Shown in pieces: positions 8,896 through 19,058 of a stretch of DNA of 64,000 nt. The translations under genes were made by a program, and so were the position numbers. The notes below the pieces were generated by a model. It searched no databases. It had not been told where the DNA came from and saw only the letters and a program-made list of their open reading frames with translations. Position 1 is the stretch's first letter; the number at the start of each line of letters is the position of its first letter. Origin of the DNA: a virus. The stretch lies in IMG/VR virus record IMGVR_UViG_3300012920_000028, positions 1 through 64,000 of that record; one strand, 5' to 3'.

Positions 8896-9357
8896 ATGGA
8901 AACCTTCACCTATTACCTGAGCATTGAAATCGAAGCCATGAACGAAGACTCCGCCGAGAACAAGTTGGAGGGTTTTCTCAAGGGTTTGGACCTGAAGAAA
9001 AATCAGCACCTCACCCTTATGTCCCTCGAAGTCGGTGACGGAGAGGAGAACACCGAAGCCCCCGGAGACGACCAAGAGGAACCCGCGAAGAAATCCAAGA
9101 GCCGACCAACAATTTCTCTCCCAAAGGGGAAGGGTTCGGCCAAGTGGGAAGACGACTTCGATGACGCAGATTGGGACGAACTGGATGAAGAGCCCAAGCC
9201 AAAGAAGGTCAAGGCGGAGTCCCTCGCTCTTGAAGACGACGATGAAGATTGGTGGGCTGACGACGAGGACGACGAGGACGACGACGACGACGACGGCCTA
9301 CATCAACCCGAAGACGACGAGGACGACGACATCGCCTCCATCATGAAGGGCTACTGA
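8896..9357 (+). CDS. Highly acidic protein
   Basis: D/E-rich C-terminal half with Trp anchors. Confidence 0.7.
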   Translation: METFTYYLSIEIEAMNEDSAENKLEGFLKGLDLKKNQHLTLMSLEVGDGEENTEAPGDDQEEPAKKSKSRPTISLPKGKGSAKWEDDFDDADWDELDEEPKPKKVKAESLALEDDDEDWWADDEDDEDDDDDDGLHQPEDDEDDDIASIMKGY

Positions 9358-9578
9358 TGCGGCGCTCAATCCCTCTTCGAGTCATTGGCTACCTGATGTT
9401 GCTCCAAGGAGTCCTTGAGTTCTATGTGGACGGTTCATCCCCCCGCTCCGTTCTCATTTTCGCCGTAGGCCTGTGGCTTCTTTCCCGGGCGTCGGTGCCC
9501 TTAACCGGCGAGGACCCTTCCCCGGTTCATGGACCGGCACTACCTGCAGGCGTCTCACCGCGTAATGGATGGAGATGA
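9357..9578 (+). CDS. Small membrane protein (2 TM)
   Basis: TGATG coupling to the previous gene; two hydrophobic stretches. Confidence 0.45.
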   Translation: MRRSIPLRVIGYLMLLQGVLEFYVDGSSPRSVLIFAVGLWLLSRASVPLTGEDPSPVHGPALPAGVSPRNGWR

Positions 9579-9765
9579 AGTCGCTTCGCTTCTTGCCTCG
9601 CAAGGCATCGAGATGAACCAGTTGCCTGCAATCTTCCTCGGCGACCCGGGTCTTCGAAACGAAGGAATCGTCGTCGCTGAAGGCGATGTTCTCGAAATCA
9701 CTCGCTACGCGACGGAAAAGTTCCCGGGCGGAACCCTTTATCGCCGTGTCGTCAAGGGTTGGTGA
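9529..9765 (+). CDS. rpo5: DNA-directed RNA polymerase subunit Rpo5/H (Rpb5 C-terminal domain)
   Basis: H.L...H......E...LL....I...QLP.I...DP.......GDV.EI.R......YR.VV signature; archaeal short form. Confidence 0.85.
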   Translation: MDRHYLQASHRVMDGDEVASLLASQGIEMNQLPAIFLGDPGLRNEGIVVAEGDVLEITRYATEKFPGGTLYRRVVKGW

Positions 9766-9766
9766 T

Positions 9767-10210
9767 GTGAAGTTGGAACTATGGACGGATGGCTCCTGCT
9801 TCAAGGACGACCCGACTGACTCCATCGGTCCCGCGGGCTCTGGAATCGTGTGCGTTGACGTCGATAGCGGCAAGATTCAGTTTCTCCTTGGAGAATACAT
9901 CGGCATTGAATCCAACAACTACGCGGAGTTCCGCGCAATCGAAATCGGGCTTGACGAAGTGTCTCGGCGCTATGAAGTGGACGAATCTTTCGACATTGAG
10001 GTCGTTTCGGATTCGAAAATGGCCGTGAACGTCCTTTCCGGCAACTGGAGCACGAACCTCCCTGAGTACCGAGAAATCACTGCCCGGATTCAGGAACTTG
10101 AGGAAGAACTTGGCGTCGTCATACAGTATTCGTGGGTCAAGGCACATGTAGGCGTTCACTTCAATGAACTGGCGGACTACCTCGCCTACAATTCGGCACG
10201 GGGGGACTGA
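9767..10210 (+). CDS. rnhA: Ribonuclease HI
   Basis: WTDGSC, NNYAE, SDS and WVKAH...NELAD catalytic motifs. Confidence 0.9.
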   Translation: MKLELWTDGSCFKDDPTDSIGPAGSGIVCVDVDSGKIQFLLGEYIGIESNNYAEFRAIEIGLDEVSRRYEVDESFDIEVVSDSKMAVNVLSGNWSTNLPEYREITARIQELEEELGVVIQYSWVKAHVGVHFNELADYLAYNSARGD

Positions 10211-10211
10211 C

Positions 10212-13200
10212 GTGGTTATCGGAGAACCGGAAGAAGTCTTGGAGGAGGAAGACCTTTCCGTCACAGGCTTCTTTTGGTTTGTTCCCTACGATGAAATCCG
10301 GCATATGGAGCGTGGTGAGGTCACCTACGACTTCGACTTCCCCTCGCCGCGATTCGTCCCTTCAACGATGCAATCAGCACGCCGTTGGTTCACAACCTCT
10401 CCTGAAGCGGCAGGTCTCCGGACACGTGCCGACCACATGGTCGTGGTCAAGGTGTCGAACATCCCGTTCGACCCGGAGAGGTTCGATGAAGAGAAGGCGG
10501 AGGATTGGCTTTCAGCAGACATCCGACATACGGGCGAAGAGACAGAACTGGCTGGCTACGTCGTCGAACCATTCCAAGCCACGCTCAAAGTCACGATGAA
10601 GAACCTCTCATTCTTCAAAGAGACGAAGGAATGGGCGGCTGTTGAGGTGGGAATCCTTTCCCCGGAAGAAATCCGTAGCATGGCGAAGGTCAAGGTCACT
10701 GAAGAGCAAATCTACGCGAGCGACGAGATGTCCTCTCCTGTCGTTGGTGGCGTCGAAGACCTTCGAATGGGAACCTATGCAAAGGACACCCCTTGTGGAA
10801 CGTGTGGCCTCACTTGGAACGAGGACTTCTTGAAATCGTGCCCCGGGCACTTCGGCTACATTTCTCTTGAGGTTCCGGTCCCGAATTGGTTCTATCTTGG
10901 TGGCTCGAAGAATCCTTCTCAGCAATCTCCGCTCCTTTACGCTCTCAACCACACTTGCATGCACTGCCAGCGAATCCTGCTGCCTGACTCCAAGGTTGAA
11001 TTGTTGGAGCGATATGTGTTCAACGTGCGTAGCATGAACCTTCTGAATACGGCAGGTTATGACCTCGTTCGCGCCGAGGTTCGAACCTTGATGGACGAGC
11101 ACCACGGGGTCAAGAGCAGTGATTCCCGACCGAAGGAGTACGTCTGCCCCCACTGTGAGAAAGTCTCGCCGCAGGTGTCGTTCGCCCTCTCCGCTTTCAG
11201 TCGCTACAAGCACGTGTTCTACCCAACGAACCGTGAATACGACGACGAGAGCGATGATGTCGTCACCTACCCCTACGAGGACGTATTCCGCAGGCTCGAA
11301 GACATCCCCGAAAGGGATTCGGCCGCACTCGGGTTCAGCGAGGGCTCGGTTCCTTCTCACATGTTCTTCACGGACTTGCCCGTTGCACCCGTGGTCACCC
11401 GTCCGCCTGCAACGACCCCTTCAGGTGCGTATGCTCCGAGTGACCTATCCGAGTTGTATGTGGCGGTCTTGCAGGTCAACAACAACATTCGTCGCCGTCG
11501 AACTGAACTCCGCGAGGACAAGGCGAAGAGGAATGCGATGTCACGTAGCCTGTTCAAAGCAGTGGCTCAGTTGATGACGGGTCAATCAAGTGGAATTGGC
11601 TCCGGAGGGATGAAAATAGGCATGGCCGCCAATGGGGCCATGACTCCTCGCAATCTTCGCGGGGTGTACGACCGCATCAAAGGTGTGGGCAAACAGAAGA
11701 ACGAGATGAGGAGGAACGTGCAATCGAAAGTCGACGAGCACGTGGCTTATTCGGTAATCACCCCCGACCCCGCGCTTCAGATTGACGAAATCGGTGTTCC
11801 ATACCCTGTGTGCTTCGAATTGACGCGCCGCATCGAAGTCACCGAAGAGAACTATGACGAGATGCTCTCCTACGTGATGAACGGGGACCAAGAAGCGATT
11901 CCGAAGGGGAAGAAAACGAAGGACTTCGACTTAAGCCGCTACCCCGGTGCGAAGCGTGTGATTCGCGGCAACGGAACGGTGTCTTCACTACTGGAGCCAG
12001 CACGAGATTTCGGAGAGTCAGAACTCGATTTCGCCCTACGCCAAGCGAACTTCTTGGACCGGAAGTCAAACCTTCTGGTTGGGGACATCGTGGAGCGTCA
12101 CCTTATCCCCGGCGACGTTGTTCTCTTCACACGTGCACCTGCCCTTCACCGTCAGAACCTCATGGCTTTCCGTGTCGTCCCGGTCAAGACCCGGAGCCTT
12201 TCATTCAACCCCTCAGTCTGCATTCCGTTCAATGCGGACTTTGACGGGGACGCCATGAGGATGTACGTTCTCCAGTCTGAGGAAGCAATCGAAGAGGCGC
12301 TCGAAACGATGCGCGTCGAGACACAGATGCTTCACTCTCGCTACGGCCGAACCTTCCTCACGTTCGACCAAGATGAAATCAGCGGCGGCTACCTCTTGAC
12401 GTTCAAGAACGAGCCCGAAGCCGGGACACATCCGGAGAAACGGAGCGGATGGGGCTTTGACGACGACGGCTACCCGATTCTCAGTAAGGCACGTGTCCTG
12501 AACATCCTTCAGGCCGCCTTCTCTCGTGACGAAGAAGGTTCACTCACCTACAGAACACGTTTCCCTCCGCCCATCACCAGCGGCCGATTCAAGGGGTGCT
12601 ACCGTGGCCGTGACATCATCTCGATGTTCCTTCCACCGGGAATCAACGCACGCTATGAGAACCGAACCGGACAAGAAATCGTCATTCGGAATAGCGTCAT
12701 TGGACCGGGTGCCCTTGACGACAGGTTCTTCGGAACTAAGGCTGGTCTTCTTGCACCTGCTTTCATCTATCGCTACGGGTGGGAGGAAGGTCACCGCCTT
12801 CTTGCCGAGGTCACGAATGAAATGTCTCGTGTCGTCTTCTCAGCACACGTTGAGTACGGCTTCTCCCTCGGAATCGCTGACATCTCCTTCATTCGACCCG
12901 AGTCAAAGTCGGACAAGGAATACTTCGACTTGGCGGAGAAGGGCTTCAAGAATCAAGTGGACGAGAACGGACGGCCTATTCGGAGTCTGAGCCCTTACGT
13001 CTTCATTGACGACGCTATGGATATGGTGGAGAGCATCATTCACGACATTGACCTGAAGTTCGAGGCGCGCAACATCGAGGCAATCAAGGACATCGACATT
13101 TCTTTCCTGAACTACGTGAACGAAAAGGGAGAGGAAAAGACCTTTGAGACGTTGAGCATCAACATGAAGGAGTTCGTTAAGGACCCAATTTTCGCGAAAG

Positions 13201-14990
13201 AAAACGTAGTCCGTGCAATCACCAATGCGTTCAATGATTGGGTCATCGCCTTCATCAAAGCGAACCAAAAACCGACGGACGCTATGAACATCACATTGAA
13301 CTCCGGTGGTCGCGGGAACCCGCTCCAACTCCGGCAGATGATTGGCTCGCTCGGGCAGCATCAATTGAACGGGCCGGGTCGTCCGAAGCACGGTTATAGC
13401 GCGAGGAAGGTCCTTTCCTGTTCACGGGACGACATGAACCCACGCGACCGTGGCTTCATCCGCACCTCCTACGCGAGAGGTCACGACCCCGATGGGTATT
13501 GGTTCGCCTCCACGGCCGGTATTCGTTCAACGATGGAATCTTCTCAGGGCGGAATCGCAAAGTCCGGCTACATGGAGCACAAGATGAAGCGGAACCTTGA
13601 GCACCTCATGGTGGACGACAAGCGTCGGGTCATTGACCTTCGGTCAGGGACAATCGTTTCTCTTTCAGTCGGAGGAGACAATCTGCATGCGTTCCACCCA
13701 CGCGGACCCGACAACAGCGACGGCCTCGATTTCGAAATCCAACCACTTCTCCTTGATTTTGAATGCAAACACGGGTTGAGCCTCTATGACTCGTGTGCCG
13801 AGTGCAGCAGCGGCACCCCTAACCTCCTCCCACGTGCCATCCTACCGGACAACATCAAGGCTCAAGTCGAAAAGGCAGTTGAGGGGAGAGAACTTGACGA
13901 AGAATCGAAGAAGGGCTTCCGTGATTCGTTGCGTTCCTATTACAACACGTGTCTGATTCAAATTGGCGAAATGATTGGTTCCACAGGTGCGGCAAACCTC
14001 GGCGAACCGGCTACTCAGGCGGGACTTCGTGCGTTCCACGGTGGCGGTCAAGGAACGGTTCCGACCGTGGACAGGCTTGTGCAGGTGTTAGAACTCGTGA
14101 AAAAGAAGCAAGAGCAACCGCAAACGACGCTTCTCCTCAAAGATGACTACAACACCCGAGAGAACGCCGAGCGGCTTGCTTCTTTCTGCACGACCGTGAA
14201 CTTCGAAGAGGTCATGGAGAAGGTCGAATACAACCCCGAGGAGTTCGAAATCGAAATCACCCTGAACATCGAAAGGCTGGAACTCTTCGAAATTGATGAC
14301 GAATGGGCGCGTCATACGCTCAAGAAGGTGTTCGAATCCGACGGCACTCGGAAGGTGACCTTCTTTGAAAGCCCAATCGCGAAGGTCCGATGCCGAGAAG
14401 ACGCACGTGACCTCCTCATCGCCCGACATATGCTCGGGAACATCCCGCTTTCGGGAATCAATGACTCCCAACTTGCCTTCGTTTATGACGACGGAGAGGG
14501 GCAATACGGAGTGAGCATTCGTGGACCAATCAAAGGCAGCGATGCGGTGAATATCCCGAAGTTCTGGCAAGACATCGTGGACTTCATGAGTGAATACGTG
14601 GACCTCTCCAAGACCAAGTTCACCGACTCATGGATGGTTTACAACATTTACGGACTCGAAGCATCCCTCAACCATCTGTGCGAATCCATTTACGAGCAAA
14701 TGAACGGAATGGAAGGTGAGAAGGGGATTGGGGAACTGGATTATCGCTACATCCGGGTCATGGCTGACTACATGGGGATTTACGGCGAACCTATCGGACT
14801 CAAGAAATCCGGACATATGGTGAAGTTCAACAAGAGCCTTCTCGCTGCCCTCGGTGGTGAAGACCCGATGCTCGCCCTGCACGGTGCAACGGTCATGGGG
14901 AACTATGATACGCTCAAGGGTCCGGTTGAGGCTATCGCCGCAGGCAAGCAACTCAACATTGGGGCACACTACCGTCGAAAGACGACATGA
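10212..14990 (+). CDS. rpo1: DNA-directed RNA polymerase largest subunit (Rpo1/Rpb1-like, A'+A'' in one ORF), divergent
   Basis: ILSPEEI, CGTC...CPGHFG Zn site, R.PALH, NADFDGD at 12231-12251, SGY bridge helix, GEPATQ...FH trigger loop, DYR....ADYM. Confidence 0.95.
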   Translation: MVIGEPEEVLEEEDLSVTGFFWFVPYDEIRHMERGEVTYDFDFPSPRFVPSTMQSARRWFTTSPEAAGLRTRADHMVVVKVSNIPFDPERFDEEKAEDWLSADIRHTGEETELAGYVVEPFQATLKVTMKNLSFFKETKEWAAVEVGILSPEEIRSMAKVKVTEEQIYASDEMSSPVVGGVEDLRMGTYAKDTPCGTCGLTWNEDFLKSCPGHFGYISLEVPVPNWFYLGGSKNPSQQSPLLYALNHTCMHCQRILLPDSKVELLERYVFNVRSMNLLNTAGYDLVRAEVRTLMDEHHGVKSSDSRPKEYVCPHCEKVSPQVSFALSAFSRYKHVFYPTNREYDDESDDVVTYPYEDVFRRLEDIPERDSAALGFSEGSVPSHMFFTDLPVAPVVTRPPATTPSGAYAPSDLSELYVAVLQVNNNIRRRRTELREDKAKRNAMSRSLFKAVAQLMTGQSSGIGSGGMKIGMAANGAMTPRNLRGVYDRIKGVGKQKNEMRRNVQSKVDEHVAYSVITPDPALQIDEIGVPYPVCFELTRRIEVTEENYDEMLSYVMNGDQEAIPKGKKTKDFDLSRYPGAKRVIRGNGTVSSLLEPARDFGESELDFALRQANFLDRKSNLLVGDIVERHLIPGDVVLFTRAPALHRQNLMAFRVVPVKTRSLSFNPSVCIPFNADFDGDAMRMYVLQSEEAIEEALETMRVETQMLHSRYGRTFLTFDQDEISGGYLLTFKNEPEAGTHPEKRSGWGFDDDGYPILSKARVLNILQAAFSRDEEGSLTYRTRFPPPITSGRFKGCYRGRDIISMFLPPGINARYENRTGQEIVIRNSVIGPGALDDRFFGTKAGLLAPAFIYRYGWEEGHRLLAEVTNEMSRVVFSAHVEYGFSLGIADISFIRPESKSDKEYFDLAEKGFKNQVDENGRPIRSLSPYVFIDDAMDMVESIIHDIDLKFEARNIEAIKDIDISFLNYVNEKGEEKTFETLSINMKEFVKDPIFAKENVVRAITNAFNDWVIAFIKANQKPTDAMNITLNSGGRGNPLQLRQMIGSLGQHQLNGPGRPKHGYSARKVLSCSRDDMNPRDRGFIRTSYARGHDPDGYWFASTAGIRSTMESSQGGIAKSGYMEHKMKRNLEHLMVDDKRRVIDLRSGTIVSLSVGGDNLHAFHPRGPDNSDGLDFEIQPLLLDFECKHGLSLYDSCAECSSGTPNLLPRAILPDNIKAQVEKAVEGRELDEESKKGFRDSLRSYYNTCLIQIGEMIGSTGAANLGEPATQAGLRAFHGGGQGTVPTVDRLVQVLELVKKKQEQPQTTLLLKDDYNTRENAERLASFCTTVNFEEVMEKVEYNPEEFEIEITLNIERLELFEIDDEWARHTLKKVFESDGTRKVTFFESPIAKVRCREDARDLLIARHMLGNIPLSGINDSQLAFVYDDGEGQYGVSIRGPIKGSDAVNIPKFWQDIVDFMSEYVDLSKTKFTDSWMVYNIYGLEASLNHLCESIYEQMNGMEGEKGIGELDYRYIRVMADYMGIYGEPIGLKKSGHMVKFNKSLLAALGGEDPMLALHGATVMGNYDTLKGPVEAIAAGKQLNIGAHYRRKTT

Positions 14991-17679
14991 GGTAGTGTCG
15001 GAAACCGGGAGTCAGGAGACGCTGGTCCCACCCGAGAGCATCATAGATGCCCTTTAGCGTCCCGTGAATGTGCGTCTTCGCGAGGGACTCCCAATCAATC
15101 GTGTACTCCGCAAGTTCCTCTTCACGGCGGAATGCGATACGCCCGTTGCCCGGGATGACCGTCGGCCCGTCCTTGACGATGACCCACTTCACCTTGTCTC
15201 GCTTCGCGTATTCGTCCTCTTCGCTCTTCGCGAGGTACATGTTGTACCATAGCGCCCCCGACGAAAGCCAATAGTGCCCGTAGCACTTGTCGTCTTCGTT
15301 GAGGGTGTCTTGCTTCGGGCACGCGCCACAGTCGCAGACAATAGGCATTCCCCGCCAATCAACATGGTGCGGTAGGTGCTTCCTGAGCGTTTGTGCGGCG
15401 GTCAGTTCCTCAAGGTCAACCTCGCCGTCAAGGACGGCTTTCAGTCGCTTCTTGACCTTCTTCTGCACGACCTTTTCGGGGACCTTGTCGAAGAGGTCCA
15501 TGAGAAGTCCGAGTTGTATGTCCGTTCCGAGAGAGGAAGTCGTCGTTCGCTTGGCCTGCATCCCTGACATCTTGAGACGAGCCCACGGTTCTTCTCGCAT
15601 GTCGATGTCGGCGACCTTGAATCCCTTCTTGTCGTCCCACACTTTCCGACCGGCATACATGCCCTTCACGTTGGCGAGGTAAAACCGGTCCATGATGACC
15701 TCAAGGTCAAGCGACATGGCGGTGGAATTGGTCCTCCCCTGCATTTCCTTTGTGATGTCCTTTCCGAGAGCCACCGCTTCGTCATGGACACGCTCGGCTT
15801 CCCATTCGGAAGGGAAGACCACGAAGATTGAGTCCGTGTGTCCGTAAATGACGCGGAAACCGGCCTTCTCAGCCAACGCCTTCGCCGTGAGAAGGGCTTC
15901 ACGCCCCCCAGCGGTGATTGAGGCAGCGACATCGCGGTCGAACCACGCGAACTTGTCGAAGGCCATGATACCGTACATGGACGCGCGCAGCCTCTTCACG
16001 CCGAGTTGCATAGCGTTCCACTTCGTAGCCGCCTCCTTGTCGTTCTTCGCTTCTGCTTCCTTGAGCAATGCCTTGTACTCGTCACGTTGTGTGTTCAAGC
16101 GGCGAACGATGGTAGGCAGGACACCTGTCGTGTCGGTTCGGAAGCGAACGCCACCATGCCCGACGCTATCGGTGGACAGGTGTTCCTGTCCTTCCCTGAC
16201 TTTCGTTTCGGGACTGATGTTCTTTGCTTCCATGACGCTTGGGTATAGGCCCGCGTAATCGAGCATCCCGACGTTATCGTGCATACCAGCCGCATTGGTG
16301 TAGACGTTGTCGTCTTCGGGGTCGCGTTCTTCGGGCTCCTCACCGGGGTGGAGGATGATTGCACCTTGAAGGTCGTCTTCAGCGTCACTCTCCTCACTGT
16401 AGGGGCGATACTTGGGGCGCCACCATGCTTCGCGATAGAACATGACGTTTCCGACACGGGATGCCTTCATGGTCGAGGGAAGTTGGCTACCGATGAGCGT
16501 CTGTTGAACCTTGTAGCCCTTGACGATGTTCCACTTCTCATCGAGCATGACGAGCAGTTCAACGTCGCGGATGTTGTAGCGGAGGAATTCGTCCCACGTG
16601 GCATCGTAGTCCTTGTCGTACCATCCCGGGCTTGGGTTCTTCCCTTCCTTGAAATTGTCCCACGCTACCGCCTGAAGGCTCAATCCACCGGGCGGGTCTT
16701 GGTTCGTGGAGTCCTTGTACACGCGCTCATAGCACAACATGAGGTCGAGGGTATCAACACCCCGAATGGGGGCGTCAGTCACCTTGTAGCGGTGCCTGTT
16801 GCGAGGGTCCGGGTCAATCATGATTCCATAGGGTGAGAGGGAACCAGCGCCATAAACAGGCCTCGGGAACAGACCGTTCTCGCACTCCCCCGCCATGTCG
16901 TTCATCAAATGGGGAATCCCGAGGCTTTCCATGCGATGATAAAGCGTCGGAAGGTCATACCCGGCACTGTTCCAGCCGGTCATGACGTCGAAGTCCATGG
17001 CGAAGAACCAATCACCGAATGCCTTCAGCATGTCGTACTCCGTGGTGAAGCGGTGTTCCGTACCCCATTCATGTCTGATGGAAGCCCTCGTCCAATTCGG
17101 GTGACATCCAAAGGCGGTGTATTCCTTCGTGAAATTGGAGTACGCCGCGATGGAGTTGACCATCTGTGTGTCGTACCAAAGTCCCTCGTGAGTCACGCTC
17201 TTCAGCCACTTCATGCGCTCGGGGTCCGTGTCGCGGAACTGCAAGGCTTCGATGTCGAAATAGCAGACGTGATAGTCGAAGTCTTCGACCTCGATGTCGT
17301 TATGAATGAGGACGGCGTCTTCTTGAGGGAGAGAACCGCCCCACGTTGGCCCATAGTTGCGAAGGAAGAAGGACATGGCTCCACGAGTCACGCACTCGAC
17401 CTTGTACAGGGGTTGCTTTTCGATGGACAACCCTTCGGGGGCCACGGAATGAACAAGGTCACTATCGAGGAGGAAGTCAATGGCTTCGCTCGCGTAGTCG
17501 AAGTCAGGCACATTCTTGCCCGGAAGAGCACGGAATGAAGAGGGCTGGATGTAAAACGTGGGGTATTCGTCATAGAAGTCCACAACGCGCACACCGTCCT
17601 TACGGTAGCGAACTGCTACGCGAGAACCGTCTTCCATTCGCCACTTCCCTTGTACCTGCTCGCACACGCTGATGTTCAT
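14953..17679 (-). CDS. polB: Family B DNA polymerase with 3'-5' exonuclease domain
   Basis: FDIE, GWNS..YD, YN..DV, DYAGLYPS, K...SMYG, YGHTDS; ATGA overlap at the start. Confidence 0.95.
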   Translation of the reverse strand: MNISVCEQVQGKWRMEDGSRVAVRYRKDGVRVVDFYDEYPTFYIQPSSFRALPGKNVPDFDYASEAIDFLLDSDLVHSVAPEGLSIEKQPLYKVECVTRGAMSFFLRNYGPTWGGSLPQEDAVLIHNDIEVEDFDYHVCYFDIEALQFRDTDPERMKWLKSVTHEGLWYDTQMVNSIAAYSNFTKEYTAFGCHPNWTRASIRHEWGTEHRFTTEYDMLKAFGDWFFAMDFDVMTGWNSAGYDLPTLYHRMESLGIPHLMNDMAGECENGLFPRPVYGAGSLSPYGIMIDPDPRNRHRYKVTDAPIRGVDTLDLMLCYERVYKDSTNQDPPGGLSLQAVAWDNFKEGKNPSPGWYDKDYDATWDEFLRYNIRDVELLVMLDEKWNIVKGYKVQQTLIGSQLPSTMKASRVGNVMFYREAWWRPKYRPYSEESDAEDDLQGAIILHPGEEPEERDPEDDNVYTNAAGMHDNVGMLDYAGLYPSVMEAKNISPETKVREGQEHLSTDSVGHGGVRFRTDTTGVLPTIVRRLNTQRDEYKALLKEAEAKNDKEAATKWNAMQLGVKRLRASMYGIMAFDKFAWFDRDVAASITAGGREALLTAKALAEKAGFRVIYGHTDSIFVVFPSEWEAERVHDEAVALGKDITKEMQGRTNSTAMSLDLEVIMDRFYLANVKGMYAGRKVWDDKKGFKVADIDMREEPWARLKMSGMQAKRTTTSSLGTDIQLGLLMDLFDKVPEKVVQKKVKKRLKAVLDGEVDLEELTAAQTLRKHLPHHVDWRGMPIVCDCGACPKQDTLNEDDKCYGHYWLSSGALWYNMYLAKSEEDEYAKRDKVKWVIVKDGPTVIPGNGRIAFRREEELAEYTIDWESLAKTHIHGTLKGIYDALGWDQRLLTPGFRHYLMSSFDGSVPQC

Positions 17680-18641
17680 AGTACCAACCTCTCTTCCAGC
17701 CGGACCACGGACCCATTCGCCCGATAGTCGATAACACGGTGATATTGGAGCCACAAGAGCGGTGTGTTGTGGTTCTCAAGGTAAATACGACGAGCCTTCC
17801 CATATGCGCCCCATTCTTCGACCGACATGCGGTGCTTTTCCGCAAGGAAAGACCGGATTTCTAACGGCGGGATGGTTTCACCAACCGGATAGCGGGAGAT
17901 GAAGACCCATAGTGTCCGGCAAGCCTTGAGGTTCACTACGGAGGTGCTTTCGGACCGTTCTGCGCTATCAAGGGACTTTCTCCACACCGTCAAACGGACT
18001 TCCCCGTCCATCTCAGTGACGTGAAGGTAGCGTTCCTTCTTCTCGCCCCTATGGACAAGACGCGCTCGGTCAAACGGCGTTTCCTCACGCACCTCCGGCT
18101 CCGGTTCGGGGAGCACGACAGGTGTCGGCTTTGGTTCCGCTTTTGGTTTCGGCGCATTGCCGAAAGAGGACAAGACGGATTGTCCGGGCGCGATTTCAGG
18201 AACCTTCTCTTTGGGCGGAGCCAATTCCTTGAGCGCGTCGAGAATGTCCTTCCGCTTGCACTTCCTTACGCACCCGAAGCCACCATCCTCTTTCACTTGT
18301 AGGTGATTCTTTCCGTTTCCGTCAGCCCCTTGCTTCGCACAAGAGGGACATTGCGCGGAATACCAGCCATTCCCTGACTTCCGGAGATTGACGAGGCTCT
18401 CCCTTGCTTCCCATACAGGGTTCCCACCGTCCGCCATGAGGAAAGGGAGAGGTTCACCGGAGTTGTGGGCGTGAAGGAGGACTTCGAGCCTCCCCATTTC
18501 CTTCTCGGTCTCGAACAACACGTGTCCATCTTCGATGCGCTGGTGCCTGAGCGCGTAGTCGGAGCGAACCTTCGAACCAATCAGTTCGAGGTACAGTGAA
18601 ACGGGGACTCTCATGGAACCGGAAAGCGAATCATCCGGCAC
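17676..18641 (-). CDS. Protein with primase-type Zn-binding domain
   Basis: AQCPSC...HL.......GC...C...DIL motif; coupled to polB. Confidence 0.5.
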   Translation of the reverse strand: MPDDSLSGSMRVPVSLYLELIGSKVRSDYALRHQRIEDGHVLFETEKEMGRLEVLLHAHNSGEPLPFLMADGGNPVWEARESLVNLRKSGNGWYSAQCPSCAKQGADGNGKNHLQVKEDGGFGCVRKCKRKDILDALKELAPPKEKVPEIAPGQSVLSSFGNAPKPKAEPKPTPVVLPEPEPEVREETPFDRARLVHRGEKKERYLHVTEMDGEVRLTVWRKSLDSAERSESTSVVNLKACRTLWVFISRYPVGETIPPLEIRSFLAEKHRMSVEEWGAYGKARRIYLENHNTPLLWLQYHRVIDYRANGSVVRLEERLVL

Positions 18642-19058
18642 TTAAGGGTTGACGTCCTCTTCCTCAGATGGGGTTTCCTCTTTCCTCTTCGGAACAGCCT
18701 CGACGAACGCCTTGACCGCCGCACCAACCGTGGCATCAATGGCGGTTGCTGCAGAGCCAGCAACGTATTTCGCTGGGTTCACCTTCTCGTCGGCATCTTC
18801 GTCCCGAAGGGCATGCGGGACACCTTGGTTGGTGAGATGGTGCAGCATGAGCCAAGCCTGAGCGTCGGTCATCTCATGGCCTTCGTTCTCGCGAACCCAA
18901 TGCTTCACGGTCTTCAAAATGTACTTGTAGCCTTGCTCCGCGAGTTTCGCGTTCACGGTCTGAACCCAAGATTCCTGAATCACGACCACTTGCTTGAATG
19001 CTTTAGCCAAAGCGCCGACTTCTTTTCCGTCATAGTTGTAGCGAACCTCAGTTCCCAT
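18642..19058 (-). CDS. Hypothetical protein
   Basis: ORF within the operon upstream of polB. Confidence 0.55.
   Translation of the reverse strand: MGTEVRYNYDGKEVGALAKAFKQVVVIQESWVQTVNAKLAEQGYKYILKTVKHWVRENEGHEMTDAQAWLMLHHLTNQGVPHALRDEDADEKVNPAKYVAGSAATAIDATVGAAVKAFVEAVPKRKEETPSEEEDVNP

Noticed and set aside
10212-17679. Inteins or introns in RNAP/PolB
   Set aside because: No C/S...HN splice motifs or LAGLIDADG blocks seen; lengths fit uninterrupted proteins
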